From Alkalispirochaeta sp. (lineage in GTDB: Bacteria > Spirochaetota > Spirochaetia > DSM-27196 > Alkalispirochaetaceae), in contig CBDESZ010000001.1 in NCBI GenBank assembly GCA_965242725.1, forward strand, positions 58,680 to 122,679: a DNA stretch of 64,000 bases, given 5' to 3'. The notes beneath the pieces were generated by a model. It was not told the DNA's origin, searched no databases, and saw only the letters and a program-made list of their open reading frames with translations. Positions 19,293 through 29,248 of this stretch are shown here, piece by piece. The translations under genes and the position numbers were made by a program. Each line of letters opens with the position of its first letter. Position 1 is the stretch's first letter.

Positions 19293-21089
19293 TCAGTTCC
19301 TGTACAGAACCGGATAGTCGGTGGACCGGGCAGCGGTGTGCCACGCTTCGGGTACCACCGTCCAGTTGTGGTCAACCGCGGGGGTGACCACTTCCCGGGA
19401 CTCGATCCACTTCTGCAGATAGAAGCGCAGATCGATGTCGGTGGAGGAGAGCGTCGCTTCGGCGATCTCCTCATCATCAAGACCGACGCCCCTGGTCAAA
19501 TGACCGCCGCCGCCGCTGGCGCGATAGGAGTTGATCGCCACCGTGTACATCTCGTCGCCGTCAAAGACGGAACCGTCACTCAGTGAGTGTATCGATACCC
19601 GGTCACCTTCCGGTCGCGAGACGTCGACGACGTAATCAATACCCGCAGCGGAATCGTAGTTGTAATACCGGGTGTAGGTATCATAGGAGTTGTACCGTTC
19701 ATTGAAGACGAGATTTCCGGCGTCATCCTTTTTGAAGCGGATCAAATGGTCCGATGGGTCGTCCATCGTGTCAAACCACCCGGCGTACGAATACTCGAGG
19801 AATTTGTCGATCTGTTCCCCCGTCAGTTCCATCGTATACAGCAGATTCTCGTACTGATAGAGCTTGAACATGTCCCGGACAAAAACCTGTCCCTCTTCAA
19901 TTTTCGCGTCAAAGGATAGGGGCGCCGCGAAGGAGACGTCCGCACCCGTTATCTCCAGCTGAACCTGATGGATGAGATCGACAAAAGGGGAGTCGTCAAA
20001 CATGGCGTCCCTGGTGGTAATCGTTTCCGTAAAGGTTCCGATGGGTTTATCGACGTAATCAACAACCTCCTGCTGAAGTGACGCAAAGTGACGCATGAAC
20101 CCGGAATCGGGCTGCAATGAGGCGCCATCGATCAGTTCCCCTTCGATGGCGATATTCCAGGAATCGGACGCCTCCACGTAGTCCATGACGATTTCCGCAA
20201 CGGCGATCGTCCTGGCCGCATTGATTCCTCCCAGTACGAGCACCTCCTCTCCGGCGACATTGGTGACCATATCGTTGTGCGCCTGATGGTCATGACCGGT
20301 CAGCACGAGATCAAATCCGGGCACGTCCCTGGCGACAAGGAGTGCTCCGTTGGGGTTGAGACGGTCATGCTCGGCGTACCCATCGTAGGTAAAGTCCGTT
20401 CCGGCGTGAAAGAGCCCGATGAGCACATCCGGAGCTTCCTCCGCCATGATTCGCGGAACCCACTCCTCCGCCGTCTCCACCATACCCTTGAACTCCAGCC
20501 CCTCCCAGAGGTTTTCGGGAAGCCACGTCGGCACGCCGGGGGTGCACATTCCCAGGACCACCACCTTGGCGCCGTACTTTTCAAAGACGGCGTAGGGCGT
20601 AAAGTAGGGTTCGCCCGTCGCCGCATCCACAACGTTGGCGGCGAGCCACGGATAGTCATATTCGTTCATCAGGCGGTCGTAGACCGCATGACCCGCTTCG
20701 ACGTCGTGATTGCCCACCGATCCGGCGGCGTACCCCATATAGTTCATGACCTGACTGGTGGAATGGGGCTGATCGGGAGCTTCAAAGTTGGAGTAGTAGA
20801 CGATCGGCTGTCCCTGGAGAATGTCGCCGTTGTCAAGGAGCAACACCTCCTGCCTCGGCACGGAGCGCTCCTGCCTGACCAGACTGTAGACATGGGCGAG
20901 GCTTGTCGCCGCCTCTTTGCCTGCGATGAAGTCATAGGGAAGAATCGCTCCGTGAGTATCCGTCGTCTCGATCACCTTCAGTACGAAATCCTGAGCAGGT
21001 TCCGCCGACGCAATGCCGGCAATCAGCGACAGACACAGGACAATCGCACCAAACCTTACCAATACAGTATTAAATGCTTTGCGTACCAT
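19293..21089 (-). CDS. cpdB: Periplasmic 2',3'-cyclic-nucleotide phosphodiesterase / nucleotidase (CpdB-like)
   Basis: Signal peptide; 'ETTDTHG', 'DNGDILQG', 'GNHD', 'GHDH'; 5'-nucleotidase C-terminal 'LYQYENLL', 'NSYRASGGG'. Confidence 0.88.
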   Translation of the reverse strand: MVRKAFNTVLVRFGAIVLCLSLIAGIASAEPAQDFVLKVIETTDTHGAILPYDFIAGKEAATSLAHVYSLVRQERSVPRQEVLLLDNGDILQGQPIVYYSNFEAPDQPHSTSQVMNYMGYAAGSVGNHDVEAGHAVYDRLMNEYDYPWLAANVVDAATGEPYFTPYAVFEKYGAKVVVLGMCTPGVPTWLPENLWEGLEFKGMVETAEEWVPRIMAEEAPDVLIGLFHAGTDFTYDGYAEHDRLNPNGALLVARDVPGFDLVLTGHDHQAHNDMVTNVAGEEVLVLGGINAARTIAVAEIVMDYVEASDSWNIAIEGELIDGASLQPDSGFMRHFASLQQEVVDYVDKPIGTFTETITTRDAMFDDSPFVDLIHQVQLEITGADVSFAAPLSFDAKIEEGQVFVRDMFKLYQYENLLYTMELTGEQIDKFLEYSYAGWFDTMDDPSDHLIRFKKDDAGNLVFNERYNSYDTYTRYYNYDSAAGIDYVVDVSRPEGDRVSIHSLSDGSVFDGDEMYTVAINSYRASGGGGHLTRGVGLDDEEIAEATLSSTDIDLRFYLQKWIESREVVTPAVDHNWTVVPEAWHTAARSTDYPVLYRN

Positions 21090-21203
21090 GAAATACCTCC
21101 TCGTGGCATGTATCTTGATTATACTCCCGTTGTCCGAAACTGGATGAATAAATCATGCTGTGGAGATTTTTTTTAGAAGGCCGCGGTCTGTGTACCGGAA
21201 CCG

Positions 21204-22346
21204 TTACCCCGCACGTTTGCGGAAGCGTGCCGCCGCCAGGGCGAGGATGGCGACGCCAAAGAGAAGGAGCGCCAGCGCCTCGTCCCAGAGCGTCGCCAGC
21301 CCGGCGCCTTTCAGAAAGATTCCACGGATGATGACAAAGAAGTAGCGCAGGGGAAGGAGGTATGTTACGTACTGGATCGGCACGGGCATGCTCTCAATGG
21401 GGAAAGCAAAGCCGGAGAGGAAGAACATCGGCAGCATGACAAAGAAGACGGAGGTCATCATCGCCTGCTGCTGGTTCTGGGAGATCGTTGAAATGAGAAG
21501 ACCGAGCCCGAGGGTCGTGGCAAGAAATACGACCGACATCGCCAGGAGCAAGAGCACACTGCCGCGGAAGGGAACGTCAAAGAGAAAGCGGGAGACTCCG
21601 ATGACAAGGAGAACGTCCACAAAGCCGATGATCACAAAGGGAATGAGCTTGCCGATGATGAGCTGTACCGGTTTGATGGGGGTCACGTTGAGCTGTTCGA
21701 GAGTCCCAAGCTCCTTCTCCTTCACGATCGCCAGCGAACTCAATAGCATGGTAATGACCATGAGAAGAAGCGCCAGGATACCGGGAACCATGAAGTTTTT
21801 GCTTTCCAGCGCGGGGTTGTACCAGACGCGGGGTACGAGGCGGATCGGAAGCGACGGCGCGCCGACACCGCGATCGCCGATGGAGCCGGCGGCGGTGCGG
21901 CGGGCGAGTAACTCCCGCTGCTTTTCCTGGATGATGACATTGGCGTAGTTGAGAATGGCGGTACCTTCCGTCGAGTTTGTACCATCCACCAGAAGCTGTA
22001 CCGCCGCCGTCCCTCCCCGCAGAAGCGCTGCAGCGTAATTCTCCGGTATCACCAGCACCGCCGATGCCGTCCCGGAGACGAGGGCGTCCTGCGCGCCTCT
22101 ATGTCCCTCCGAAGAAGGAACCCGGTCAAAATACTCGGTGGCAAAAAAGGCATCCCCGAGGGAACGGCTCTCCTGCGATCTGTCGTAGTCAACGACGGCC
22201 ATGGGAACGTGCCGCACGTCGAGGTTGGCCGCATACCCCAGAAGTATCAGCTGAAATACCGGTGCAATAAGTACGATGGGCAGCATTTTCCGGTCCCGTC
22301 GCAGCTGGAGAAACTCCTTTCTAATCAGAATTGGAAAGACACTCAC
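21204..22346 (-). CDS. ABC-2 exporter permease (YbhR-like)
   Basis: 'VREKE/KEKELGTLEQL'-type motif, 'LSGFAFPIESMP', multiple TM. Confidence 0.92.
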   Translation of the reverse strand: MSVFPILIRKEFLQLRRDRKMLPIVLIAPVFQLILLGYAANLDVRHVPMAVVDYDRSQESRSLGDAFFATEYFDRVPSSEGHRGAQDALVSGTASAVLVIPENYAAALLRGGTAAVQLLVDGTNSTEGTAILNYANVIIQEKQRELLARRTAAGSIGDRGVGAPSLPIRLVPRVWYNPALESKNFMVPGILALLLMVITMLLSSLAIVKEKELGTLEQLNVTPIKPVQLIIGKLIPFVIIGFVDVLLVIGVSRFLFDVPFRGSVLLLLAMSVVFLATTLGLGLLISTISQNQQQAMMTSVFFVMLPMFFLSGFAFPIESMPVPIQYVTYLLPLRYFFVIIRGIFLKGAGLATLWDEALALLLFGVAILALAAARFRKRAG

Positions 22347-23461
22347 GAGAACACGCTCTTTTTGAGCCGCGCGACACCGGCCCCGATCGTCACGACGGAA
22401 AAGACGGCGAGAAAGACCACGTCCCGCCAGAAAACCGCAACTCCCGCACCTTTGAGCATGATAGATCGCAACGCCGACAGATAATAACGGGCAGGTACGA
22501 GATGGGTAACAATCCGAATCGGGAGAGGCATATTCTCTATGGGAAAGACAAAACCCGAGAGAATAAATGAAGGGAGAAACGTCGAAAGTATGGCGATGAG
22601 AAATGCCACCTGCTGTGTCTCCGCGATGGAGGAGATGAAAAGACCCAGGCCGAGACAGGCAAAGAGAAAGAGCAGAGTCACCCCCGAGAGCCAGGCGATG
22701 CTTCCGGCAATGGCCACATCGAAAAGAGCGTAACTGGCGCCAAAAACCGATGCGGCAATCACGGCGGATATGACGAGATACGGCAGGGTCTTGCCGATAA
22801 GAAGGTCCATCGGTCGCAGGGGTGACGCGGCAATCTGTTCCAGCGTTCCCAGTTCCTTTTCCCGTACCACCGAAAGCGCCGTGGAGATTACCGCGGTGAC
22901 GACGAGGATAAAAGCTACCAACCCCGGCACGAGGAACTGGTTGCTCTCAAGTTCAGGGTTGAACCAGACCCGCGGTCGGAAATCCAACGGCAGGATTTCG
23001 GTTGTCGTCACGCCGAGGCGTGCCTCGGAAATCCGCCGGGCGTAATCTCCGACCACCGCCTGCATATACCCAAGGAGGGCGGACCCGACGGTACCGTTGG
23101 TTCCGTCGATGATGAGCTGCACGTCGACGGCGTCACCTCGTAAGAGATCACGGGAAAATCCACGGGGAATCACAAGGGCGCCCTGGATCCGCTCCTCCTG
23201 CAGCAATGTCTCAAGCTCTCCCGGATCCTCGGGATATGCCACAAGATCGAAGTAGTCACTGTGGGTAAATCCGGAAATAAGTTCCCTGCTCTGTCGTGAG
23301 TGATCACCGTCAACGATCGCGATGGGTGCGTCGGTGACGTCGAGACTGATGGCGTACCCAAACATGATCAGGAGGAACAGGGGCACAAACAGCAGGACAC
23401 CGAGGGTCCGATAATCCCTGACGATCTGACGAAGCTCTTTTTTTACGACGGCACGAATCAT
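22343..23461 (-). CDS. ABC-2 exporter permease (YbhS-like)
   Basis: 'FGYAISLDV', 'WFNPELES', 'VREKELGTLEQI'. Confidence 0.92.
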   Translation of the reverse strand: MIRAVVKKELRQIVRDYRTLGVLLFVPLFLLIMFGYAISLDVTDAPIAIVDGDHSRQSRELISGFTHSDYFDLVAYPEDPGELETLLQEERIQGALVIPRGFSRDLLRGDAVDVQLIIDGTNGTVGSALLGYMQAVVGDYARRISEARLGVTTTEILPLDFRPRVWFNPELESNQFLVPGLVAFILVVTAVISTALSVVREKELGTLEQIAASPLRPMDLLIGKTLPYLVISAVIAASVFGASYALFDVAIAGSIAWLSGVTLLFLFACLGLGLFISSIAETQQVAFLIAILSTFLPSFILSGFVFPIENMPLPIRIVTHLVPARYYLSALRSIMLKGAGVAVFWRDVVFLAVFSVVTIGAGVARLKKSVFS

Positions 23462-24405
23462 TGCTGTCCGGCCTTTTCCCCCGCACGGGAGATGACGTGA
23501 ATAAAGACATCCTCGAGGGAGGGCAGAATCGGTTCAATTCGTTCAAAGGAAATGCCGCCCCCGTTCAGTGCCGCGGCGATACGCTCCTTTGTCTCCTCGT
23601 CGGGGAGTGAGGTTCCTACATGGACCGTTCTTCCAAACAATGAACACTCATCGACCCAGTACTCCTTCTGCAATACCTCCAGAGCGTCCGTAACGGCCCG
23701 GCAGGTGACCCGCCACATCGTCTCCGGGATCTCCTCGTTTTTCAACCTGGAGGGACTCCCCAGGGCGACAATCCGACCGGCGTGCATGAGGCTCACCTCA
23801 TTGCAGTATTCCGCCTCGTCGAGGTAGTGCGTCGTGACAAGGACCGTCACACCCTGGTCGGCAAACTCGTTGATGAGATTCCAGAACTCCCGGCGTGAGA
23901 GGGGATCCACGCCGCCGGTGGGTTCGTCGAGAAAAACGATGCGCGGCTCGTGGAGTACCGCACACCCCAGGGCGAGACGCTGCCGCCATCCTCCGGACAG
24001 ATGGGCGGCGAGGGTATTCTCCCTGTCCCGGAGCCCCGCCATCTCGAGAACCCACTCCTTCCGTTCCTGAAGACGCCGCCGGGACAGGCCGTAGACCCCG
24101 CCGAAAAAGGATATATTCTCCGCCACCGTCAAATCGCGGTAAAGGGAGAACTCCTGGGACATGTAGCCGATGCTTTCCTTGATCTCCTCAGGTTCCCTGT
24201 TGATGTCGTAGCCGGCAACCTTCCCCTCTCCGGCGGTTGACCGCAGGAGACCGCAGAGCATCCGGATCGTCGTGGACTTTCCCGCGCCGTTTGCCCCGAG
24301 GAGACCGAAAATCGTTCCTTCCTCGACGGCGAGGGAAATGGCGTCTACCGCGGTAAAGGTACCGAAGGTGCGGGTCAGACCGGTCGCCTCAATGGCAAGA
24401 CTCAT
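23458..24405 (-). CDS. ABC transporter ATPase
   Basis: 'GANGAGKST', 'LSGGW', 'FLDEPT', 'TTHY'. Confidence 0.95.
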   Translation of the reverse strand: MSLAIEATGLTRTFGTFTAVDAISLAVEEGTIFGLLGANGAGKSTTIRMLCGLLRSTAGEGKVAGYDINREPEEIKESIGYMSQEFSLYRDLTVAENISFFGGVYGLSRRRLQERKEWVLEMAGLRDRENTLAAHLSGGWRQRLALGCAVLHEPRIVFLDEPTGGVDPLSRREFWNLINEFADQGVTVLVTTHYLDEAEYCNEVSLMHAGRIVALGSPSRLKNEEIPETMWRVTCRAVTDALEVLQKEYWVDECSLFGRTVHVGTSLPDEETKERIAAALNGGGISFERIEPILPSLEDVFIHVISRAGEKAGQQ

Positions 24406-25346
24406 CGGTTCCGGACCTCCGTCGCCCGGTCCCCGGTAATGAGGGAAATGAACAGGTTTTCGAGGGTTGGCGGACGCTCCCTGACGGAACTCACCGGCAC
24501 ACCGGTCCGGGTAAAAAGCTCCCGAATGTCCTGCTCCGCGTCGGTGTCGGCGTCAAATCGAAGATGGAGCTTATCGCCCTGGGTCTGAATCTCAAGGAGA
24601 TGCGGGAGTCCCTCCTCCCGGACAACTGCCCGGGCGCGCCGGGAGGAAGGCGTTACGACTTCAAAAAGGCGACCCGGAACCTGCCGGACGATCTCCTCGG
24701 GTGCTCCCGACGTAAGGAATCGTCCGCGATCAAGAAGCCCGACCCGGTCGCACCGCTCCGCCTCATCAAGATAGGGGGTGGCAAAAATGATGGTGAGCCC
24801 CTCGTGAAGGAGCTCCCCCAGAATCACCCAGAAATCCCGCCGGGAGACGGGATCGACCCCCGTCGTCGGTTCATCGAGAAGAATGAGTTCCGGCCGGTGC
24901 ACGAGGGCGCATGCGAGGGCAAGTTTCTTCTTCATGCCGCCGGATAGCGCACCGGCCGGCCGGTTTCGAAACGGACTCAACCGGGTGAACTCCAGAAGCT
25001 CATCCCGCCGACGCTCAAACGTTGTTACACCGTAAATCTCCGCGAAGAAAGCGATATTTTCGTCCACCGACAGATCGCGATAGAGCGAGAATCCCTGGGA
25101 GAGATAGCCGATGCGTCGCTTCAGCTGCCTCGTCTTTCCGGGCAGCACATGTCCAAGGACCTCCACACGACCCGTGTCATGGGGAAGAACCGCCGCGAGT
25201 ATCCGTAACAGCGTCGTCTTTCCGGCGCCGTCGGGACCGACGAGGGCAAACATTTCGCCGGCATGCACCGATAGGTCGATCTCCCGAAGCGCGTGCAGGG
25301 ATTCAAAGGACTTACTCACACCTTCCAGCCGCACCGCCGCGGTCAT
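24402..25346 (-). CDS. ABC transporter ATPase
   Basis: 'GPDGAGKTT', 'LSGGM', 'LLDEPTTGVDP'. Confidence 0.95.
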   Translation of the reverse strand: MTAAVRLEGVSKSFESLHALREIDLSVHAGEMFALVGPDGAGKTTLLRILAAVLPHDTGRVEVLGHVLPGKTRQLKRRIGYLSQGFSLYRDLSVDENIAFFAEIYGVTTFERRRDELLEFTRLSPFRNRPAGALSGGMKKKLALACALVHRPELILLDEPTTGVDPVSRRDFWVILGELLHEGLTIIFATPYLDEAERCDRVGLLDRGRFLTSGAPEEIVRQVPGRLFEVVTPSSRRARAVVREEGLPHLLEIQTQGDKLHLRFDADTDAEQDIRELFTRTGVPVSSVRERPPTLENLFISLITGDRATEVRNR

Positions 25347-26326
25347 GGAGATTCCTCCATGACAATACGCGCGTCCGCGGGCATGCCGATCTTGAATATC
25401 CCCTCGGTGTTATCCAGGGTGATCTCGACGGCAAAGACGAGTTGTGCCCGGGCGTCCCGGGTCTGAACGTTTTTCGGGGTGAACTCCGCTTCCTCGGCAA
25501 TGCGCGAGACCCGGCCGGCAAAGGAACGGTTCGGCATGCCGTCGAGGGAAACTACCGCCTCCGCGCCGAGGGAGAATCGACTGAGCATCGGTTGGGGAAC
25601 GTAAATGGTGAGATAGACCGAGGAAAGGTCGGCGATTGTGAAAAGAGGGGTACCCGGCGCGACGTACTCCCCCGCTTCACGGGCCCGTGTTGTGACGACG
25701 CCATCCATCGGAGACCGCACCACCGCATCATCCGCCCGTTCCTCCAGCAGCTGGATGCCCGCTTCCGCCTCCGCGACCCGTGCCCGGGCACTTCGAATCT
25801 CCTCGGGCCGGGTAATACTCCGTACCTTTGCGAGTTGTGCCTCCGCCGCGGCAACGCGGGATGTCGCCTGCCTGAACTCCGTCTCAAGCCGGTCACGTTC
25901 ACTCTCCGTCGCACTTCCCGCATCATACAACCGCCGGACCCGCTCATACGATTTCCGGGCGAGATCGAGTGCGATTCGGGCCTGTGCAAGCTGCTCTTCA
26001 GCCTGCATGATATCTTCCCGCCGCGCCCCTGCTGTGAGCAGATCGAGCTGTGCCCGTGCCATTTCAACACGCTGGCGCTGCTGTTCCAGCTGGAGGCGTA
26101 TGTCCGTTGTGTCAATCTCGGCCAGGACGCTCCCCGCATCGACGCGGTCACCTTCATCGACATGCACCGAAAGAAGTTCCCCCTGAACCCGGGCGGAAAC
26201 GGTCACCTCCGTCGCTTCCACCGTCCCGGAGCCGGTTACACCGTCAGCTTCATCGCTGCAGGCGGAAAGGATCAGGAGCACCGCCGCCACGACCGCAGAT
26301 AGAGCCGCTACCCTGTTCCTACTCAT
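25343..26326 (-). CDS. HlyD/YbhG-family membrane fusion lipoprotein
   Basis: Lipobox 'LSAC', biotinyl-like hairpin, 'AEFTPKNVQT'. Confidence 0.92.
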   Translation of the reverse strand: MSRNRVAALSAVVAAVLLILSACSDEADGVTGSGTVEATEVTVSARVQGELLSVHVDEGDRVDAGSVLAEIDTTDIRLQLEQQRQRVEMARAQLDLLTAGARREDIMQAEEQLAQARIALDLARKSYERVRRLYDAGSATESERDRLETEFRQATSRVAAAEAQLAKVRSITRPEEIRSARARVAEAEAGIQLLEERADDAVVRSPMDGVVTTRAREAGEYVAPGTPLFTIADLSSVYLTIYVPQPMLSRFSLGAEAVVSLDGMPNRSFAGRVSRIAEEAEFTPKNVQTRDARAQLVFAVEITLDNTEGIFKIGMPADARIVMEESP

Positions 26327-26963
26327 GGCCGTTTCCCGTTACCCCCGCGGCGGCATGCGTTGCTTCCAGACGGGACCATCCCTCGGGGGTGAGAACTCCC
26401 CGGGTAATGAGCATACCCATGTGCTGAATTACCTTCTCCGGGTTCATTTCGGTGTGAACGAAATTGTCGGGAATCAGGAGATTGTTCGCGACGGTCGCGA
26501 TAATCGATACCAGGAGTCTCGGATCAATCTCCGGGCGGACCGTCCCCTCCTCTTTGCCCCGGAGAATGACCTTTTCAAGGCGCGAGAAGACCCGTTCGTG
26601 GCGGAATCGCTCAATTTCCTCCCACACAGCGGGAGCGTAGCGGGAAAGGTCCGACAGAAATGGCCGCCCCAGGGTGCCAACCATCCTGGTCGCAATCCGT
26701 AATTGCGCACCGAGGCGCTCAATGAATCCCCGGTTCCCGTCGTCAAATACCTCCGCAAGCTCCCGTTCCACCGCCCGAAGCTGCTGCAGCACGACGGCCC
26801 GCACAATCTCTTCCTTGCTTCGAAACTCCCGGTACAGCGTCTTCTTGCTGATTCCCAGCTCCCGGGACAGCTCTTCCGTAGAGATACGGCTGAATCCCTC
26901 GGTGAAGAATCTGGGTCCCGCATATCGTATGACCCGGGCCCGCAACTGACTTTCTTTTTCCAT
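26319..26963 (-). CDS. TetR/AcrR-family regulator
   Basis: 'GFSRISTEELSRELGISKKTLYREFRSKEEI'. Confidence 0.92.
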   Translation of the reverse strand: MEKESQLRARVIRYAGPRFFTEGFSRISTEELSRELGISKKTLYREFRSKEEIVRAVVLQQLRAVERELAEVFDDGNRGFIERLGAQLRIATRMVGTLGRPFLSDLSRYAPAVWEEIERFRHERVFSRLEKVILRGKEEGTVRPEIDPRLLVSIIATVANNLLIPDNFVHTEMNPEKVIQHMGMLITRGVLTPEGWSRLEATHAAAGVTGNGHE

Positions 26964-26982
26964 TGTCGCTCCAGTCTACCAG

Positions 26983-27046
26983 GGAAACTAATGTAGTATT
27001 ATAAGTTTCCAAATTCAGGATACGACCGGATTACCACTCGGGTCAA
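26983..27046 (-). promoter_or_regulatory. Sigma70 promoter plus candidate TetR operator of the ABC operon
   Basis: TTGACC-18-TATCCT (27046-27017); palindrome GGAAACT-N14-AGTTTCC (26983-27010) just downstream of predicted +1. Confidence 0.65.
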
Positions 27047-28259
27047 CTATTCCGTCGTGAAACGGGATAAACGGCGCGAAAGATCGGTTACAACCTGATC
27101 CAGGACGCTTCCCGCTTCTATGAGCCCCTCTGACCCGTTCACAATCTCCGATACACGTCCGTCAATCTCCGAGAGGCCCTGTTTGGTCTGACCCGACACG
27201 TTCTGCAGTTGTGTATTTCCGTCGATGACCCGTTTCACCTCCTCCACAAGGGCGCGAAAGGTCGTCGAGACATCGTGAATCGCCTCCCTCAAGCGGACGG
27301 TGGCCTTTGTGATATCATCGCCGCCTGCGCTCATCTCTCTTATGCTCGCGCCGATTCCTGACAGTGCTTCTCCCGTAGATTGCGCTTCGGCCGTAATGGT
27401 ATCAAAGACCGCGGCAGATGCGTTCATTCTGGTCGAACTCTCCGTAATAGAGACGGATATCTTTTTCACCGTTGTATTGATGTGGCGGGACGATACGGCG
27501 GCCCGTTCCGCCAGCTTTCGTATCTCCTCGGCGACGACGGCAAAACCACGCCCCCTCTCACCGGCGTGAGCCGCCTCAATGGCTGCGTTCATGGACAGCA
27601 TGATTTGTCCGGGCAGCGATTTCATGTATCACACCGTTCATCTCTTTTATGGAGGACAAATCCTGTACCGCGGCGGTTATCGCTTCATCTCTGTGGATGG
27701 GAAGGGCCGCGGTGAGGGAAATCACATCTCTATCTGTGACATCGTATTGGACGGGTTCTGAAAGATACGGTTGCGCCGTGGCCAAAGGCATACGGTACCA
27801 CGATTGGTTCCGGTAGTCGTTCAGCGGCGCGATCTCCAGGGAATTACCGTCGGTTCGATACAGGTACGACGCAAAGTGCCCCCGCTCGGTATAGGGTGAA
27901 ACGCCGGCGAAGGTTCGGTCTGCCCCGTCGTAGGCGTTTGGCTCCCAGGCGACCCAGACACCGAGCACACGTTGCTGATCGGCGACGGCACTACCCATTA
28001 TCTCCAGAACTTCCGACCGGGAAGCCCCGCGTTCGGCGAGATCGACAACAATACCGCGGATCATCTCCACGACGGCATAGGCGTTTTCCGGAACCCGCAG
28101 ATAACTCTGAACCCCGTAGGCGTGAATCCAGTTGATCTGTTGTTCCAGCTCGTCGGACAACAAACGCTGTGTTCGTATCGTATTAATCGTCGCGTAAAGA
28201 CCTATGATCGAGAAAATCATAATCAGGATCGGCAGGATTACTTTGGTGCGTAGTTTCAA
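27047..28259 (-). pseudogene. MCP remnant with large in-frame internal deletion and a +1 frameshift
   Basis: TM1-Cache runs straight into signalling helix at about 27687 (LPIHRD|EAITAA); one extra base near 27601 breaks [17 protein letters not shown]. Confidence 0.85.
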
Positions 28260-28280
28260 CGCGCTACTCCTGTAAGGACA

Positions 28281-29090
28281 CTAGTTCCGGCGCTGTATTA
28301 CTTTCTCGTTGGAGGGAAAGATCTGTGCCGCCCGGGAGAATGCATCGTCCGACTGGTCGACGGCGCCGAGTTCCCGGTGTATATCCGATAAGAGGATCAA
28401 TGCCTCAAATTGAACAACTTCCTCAACGGAGCGACGGGCTATTTCCACGTGTTCAAGCGCTTTGGCTGCGTCTCCGCCCAGCGCTGTCGGGGCGTTCAGA
28501 TAATACCGGGCAAGGGAAATATTGACCCTTCCGTCAATGGGGTCCAACGCAACAGCCTCGGTCAGGAGGCGGCGCACATCGCGTATGATCCGCATCCCAT
28601 ACAACTTTCCTTTGTACTCTCCCCGGGCGATGTACGCATCCGCAAGGAGTCTGGGGACCTCCGAAGTTTCGATTCCCTCATCGATGAGACGTTCCATGTC
28701 ATCTATAACGGATACGAACTTTTCTTCCGCCTGCTCATTGTCACCTCGGTCATATGCAACTTGTCCCTGGAGATACTCAATCGAGGCGATGAGAAACGTG
28801 ATTTCGACGTCCGTCATTCCCTCGTCAGCCTCCATGGAGGAACAGGCGAGCAGTCGGTTTCTGTAGGACTCCAGCGTTGATGCTACCGTCTCGAGTGATT
28901 CCCTGTTCTGATACACCATGGTATATGCCGCATCAACAAGAGGCGCACAGTTGGTTTCCGCGGCAGCCACATTGTCCGCGCCGCTCCAGGCAGTGAGAAA
29001 GATGACGGCAAGGACGAGGCGATCCGAACCCCCTCCTTTGAAGATCCTCCAAATCGACATGTTCCGTGCCGTCTGCTGCAAACATTTCAT
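28281..29090 (-). CDS. Exported TPR-repeat protein
   Basis: Hydrophobic stretch then TPR-like helices ('AVALDPIDGRVNISLARYYLNAP', 'AAQIFPSN'); SD AAAGGAG. Confidence 0.75.
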   Translation of the reverse strand: MKCLQQTARNMSIWRIFKGGGSDRLVLAVIFLTAWSGADNVAAAETNCAPLVDAAYTMVYQNRESLETVASTLESYRNRLLACSSMEADEGMTDVEITFLIASIEYLQGQVAYDRGDNEQAEEKFVSVIDDMERLIDEGIETSEVPRLLADAYIARGEYKGKLYGMRIIRDVRRLLTEAVALDPIDGRVNISLARYYLNAPTALGGDAAKALEHVEIARRSVEEVVQFEALILLSDIHRELGAVDQSDDAFSRAAQIFPSNEKVIQRRN

Positions 29091-29110
29091 AGCTAGTCTC
29101 CTTTCGTGTG

Positions 29111-29154
29111 AAAAAAACCCGGCTCCGGAATGTGGGGACAGGTCCGGAACCGGG
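29111..29154 (-). terminator. Rho-independent terminator of the porin gene
   Basis: CCCGGTTCCGGA...TCCGGAGCCGGG followed by T7. Confidence 0.85.
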
Positions 29155-29248
29155 CAGCATATGAACGCGTCGTCCGCGTTTTGACCTTTTTCTCATCCGG
29201 CAGGCGGTGGACTACCGGATATCACTCATTCCCGTCGGCCGGATCGTA

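Noticed and set aside
23458..25346. Two adjacent ABC ATPases as a broken ybhF
   Set aside because: Each has complete motifs, its own C-terminal domain and coupled start/stop; a common arrangement
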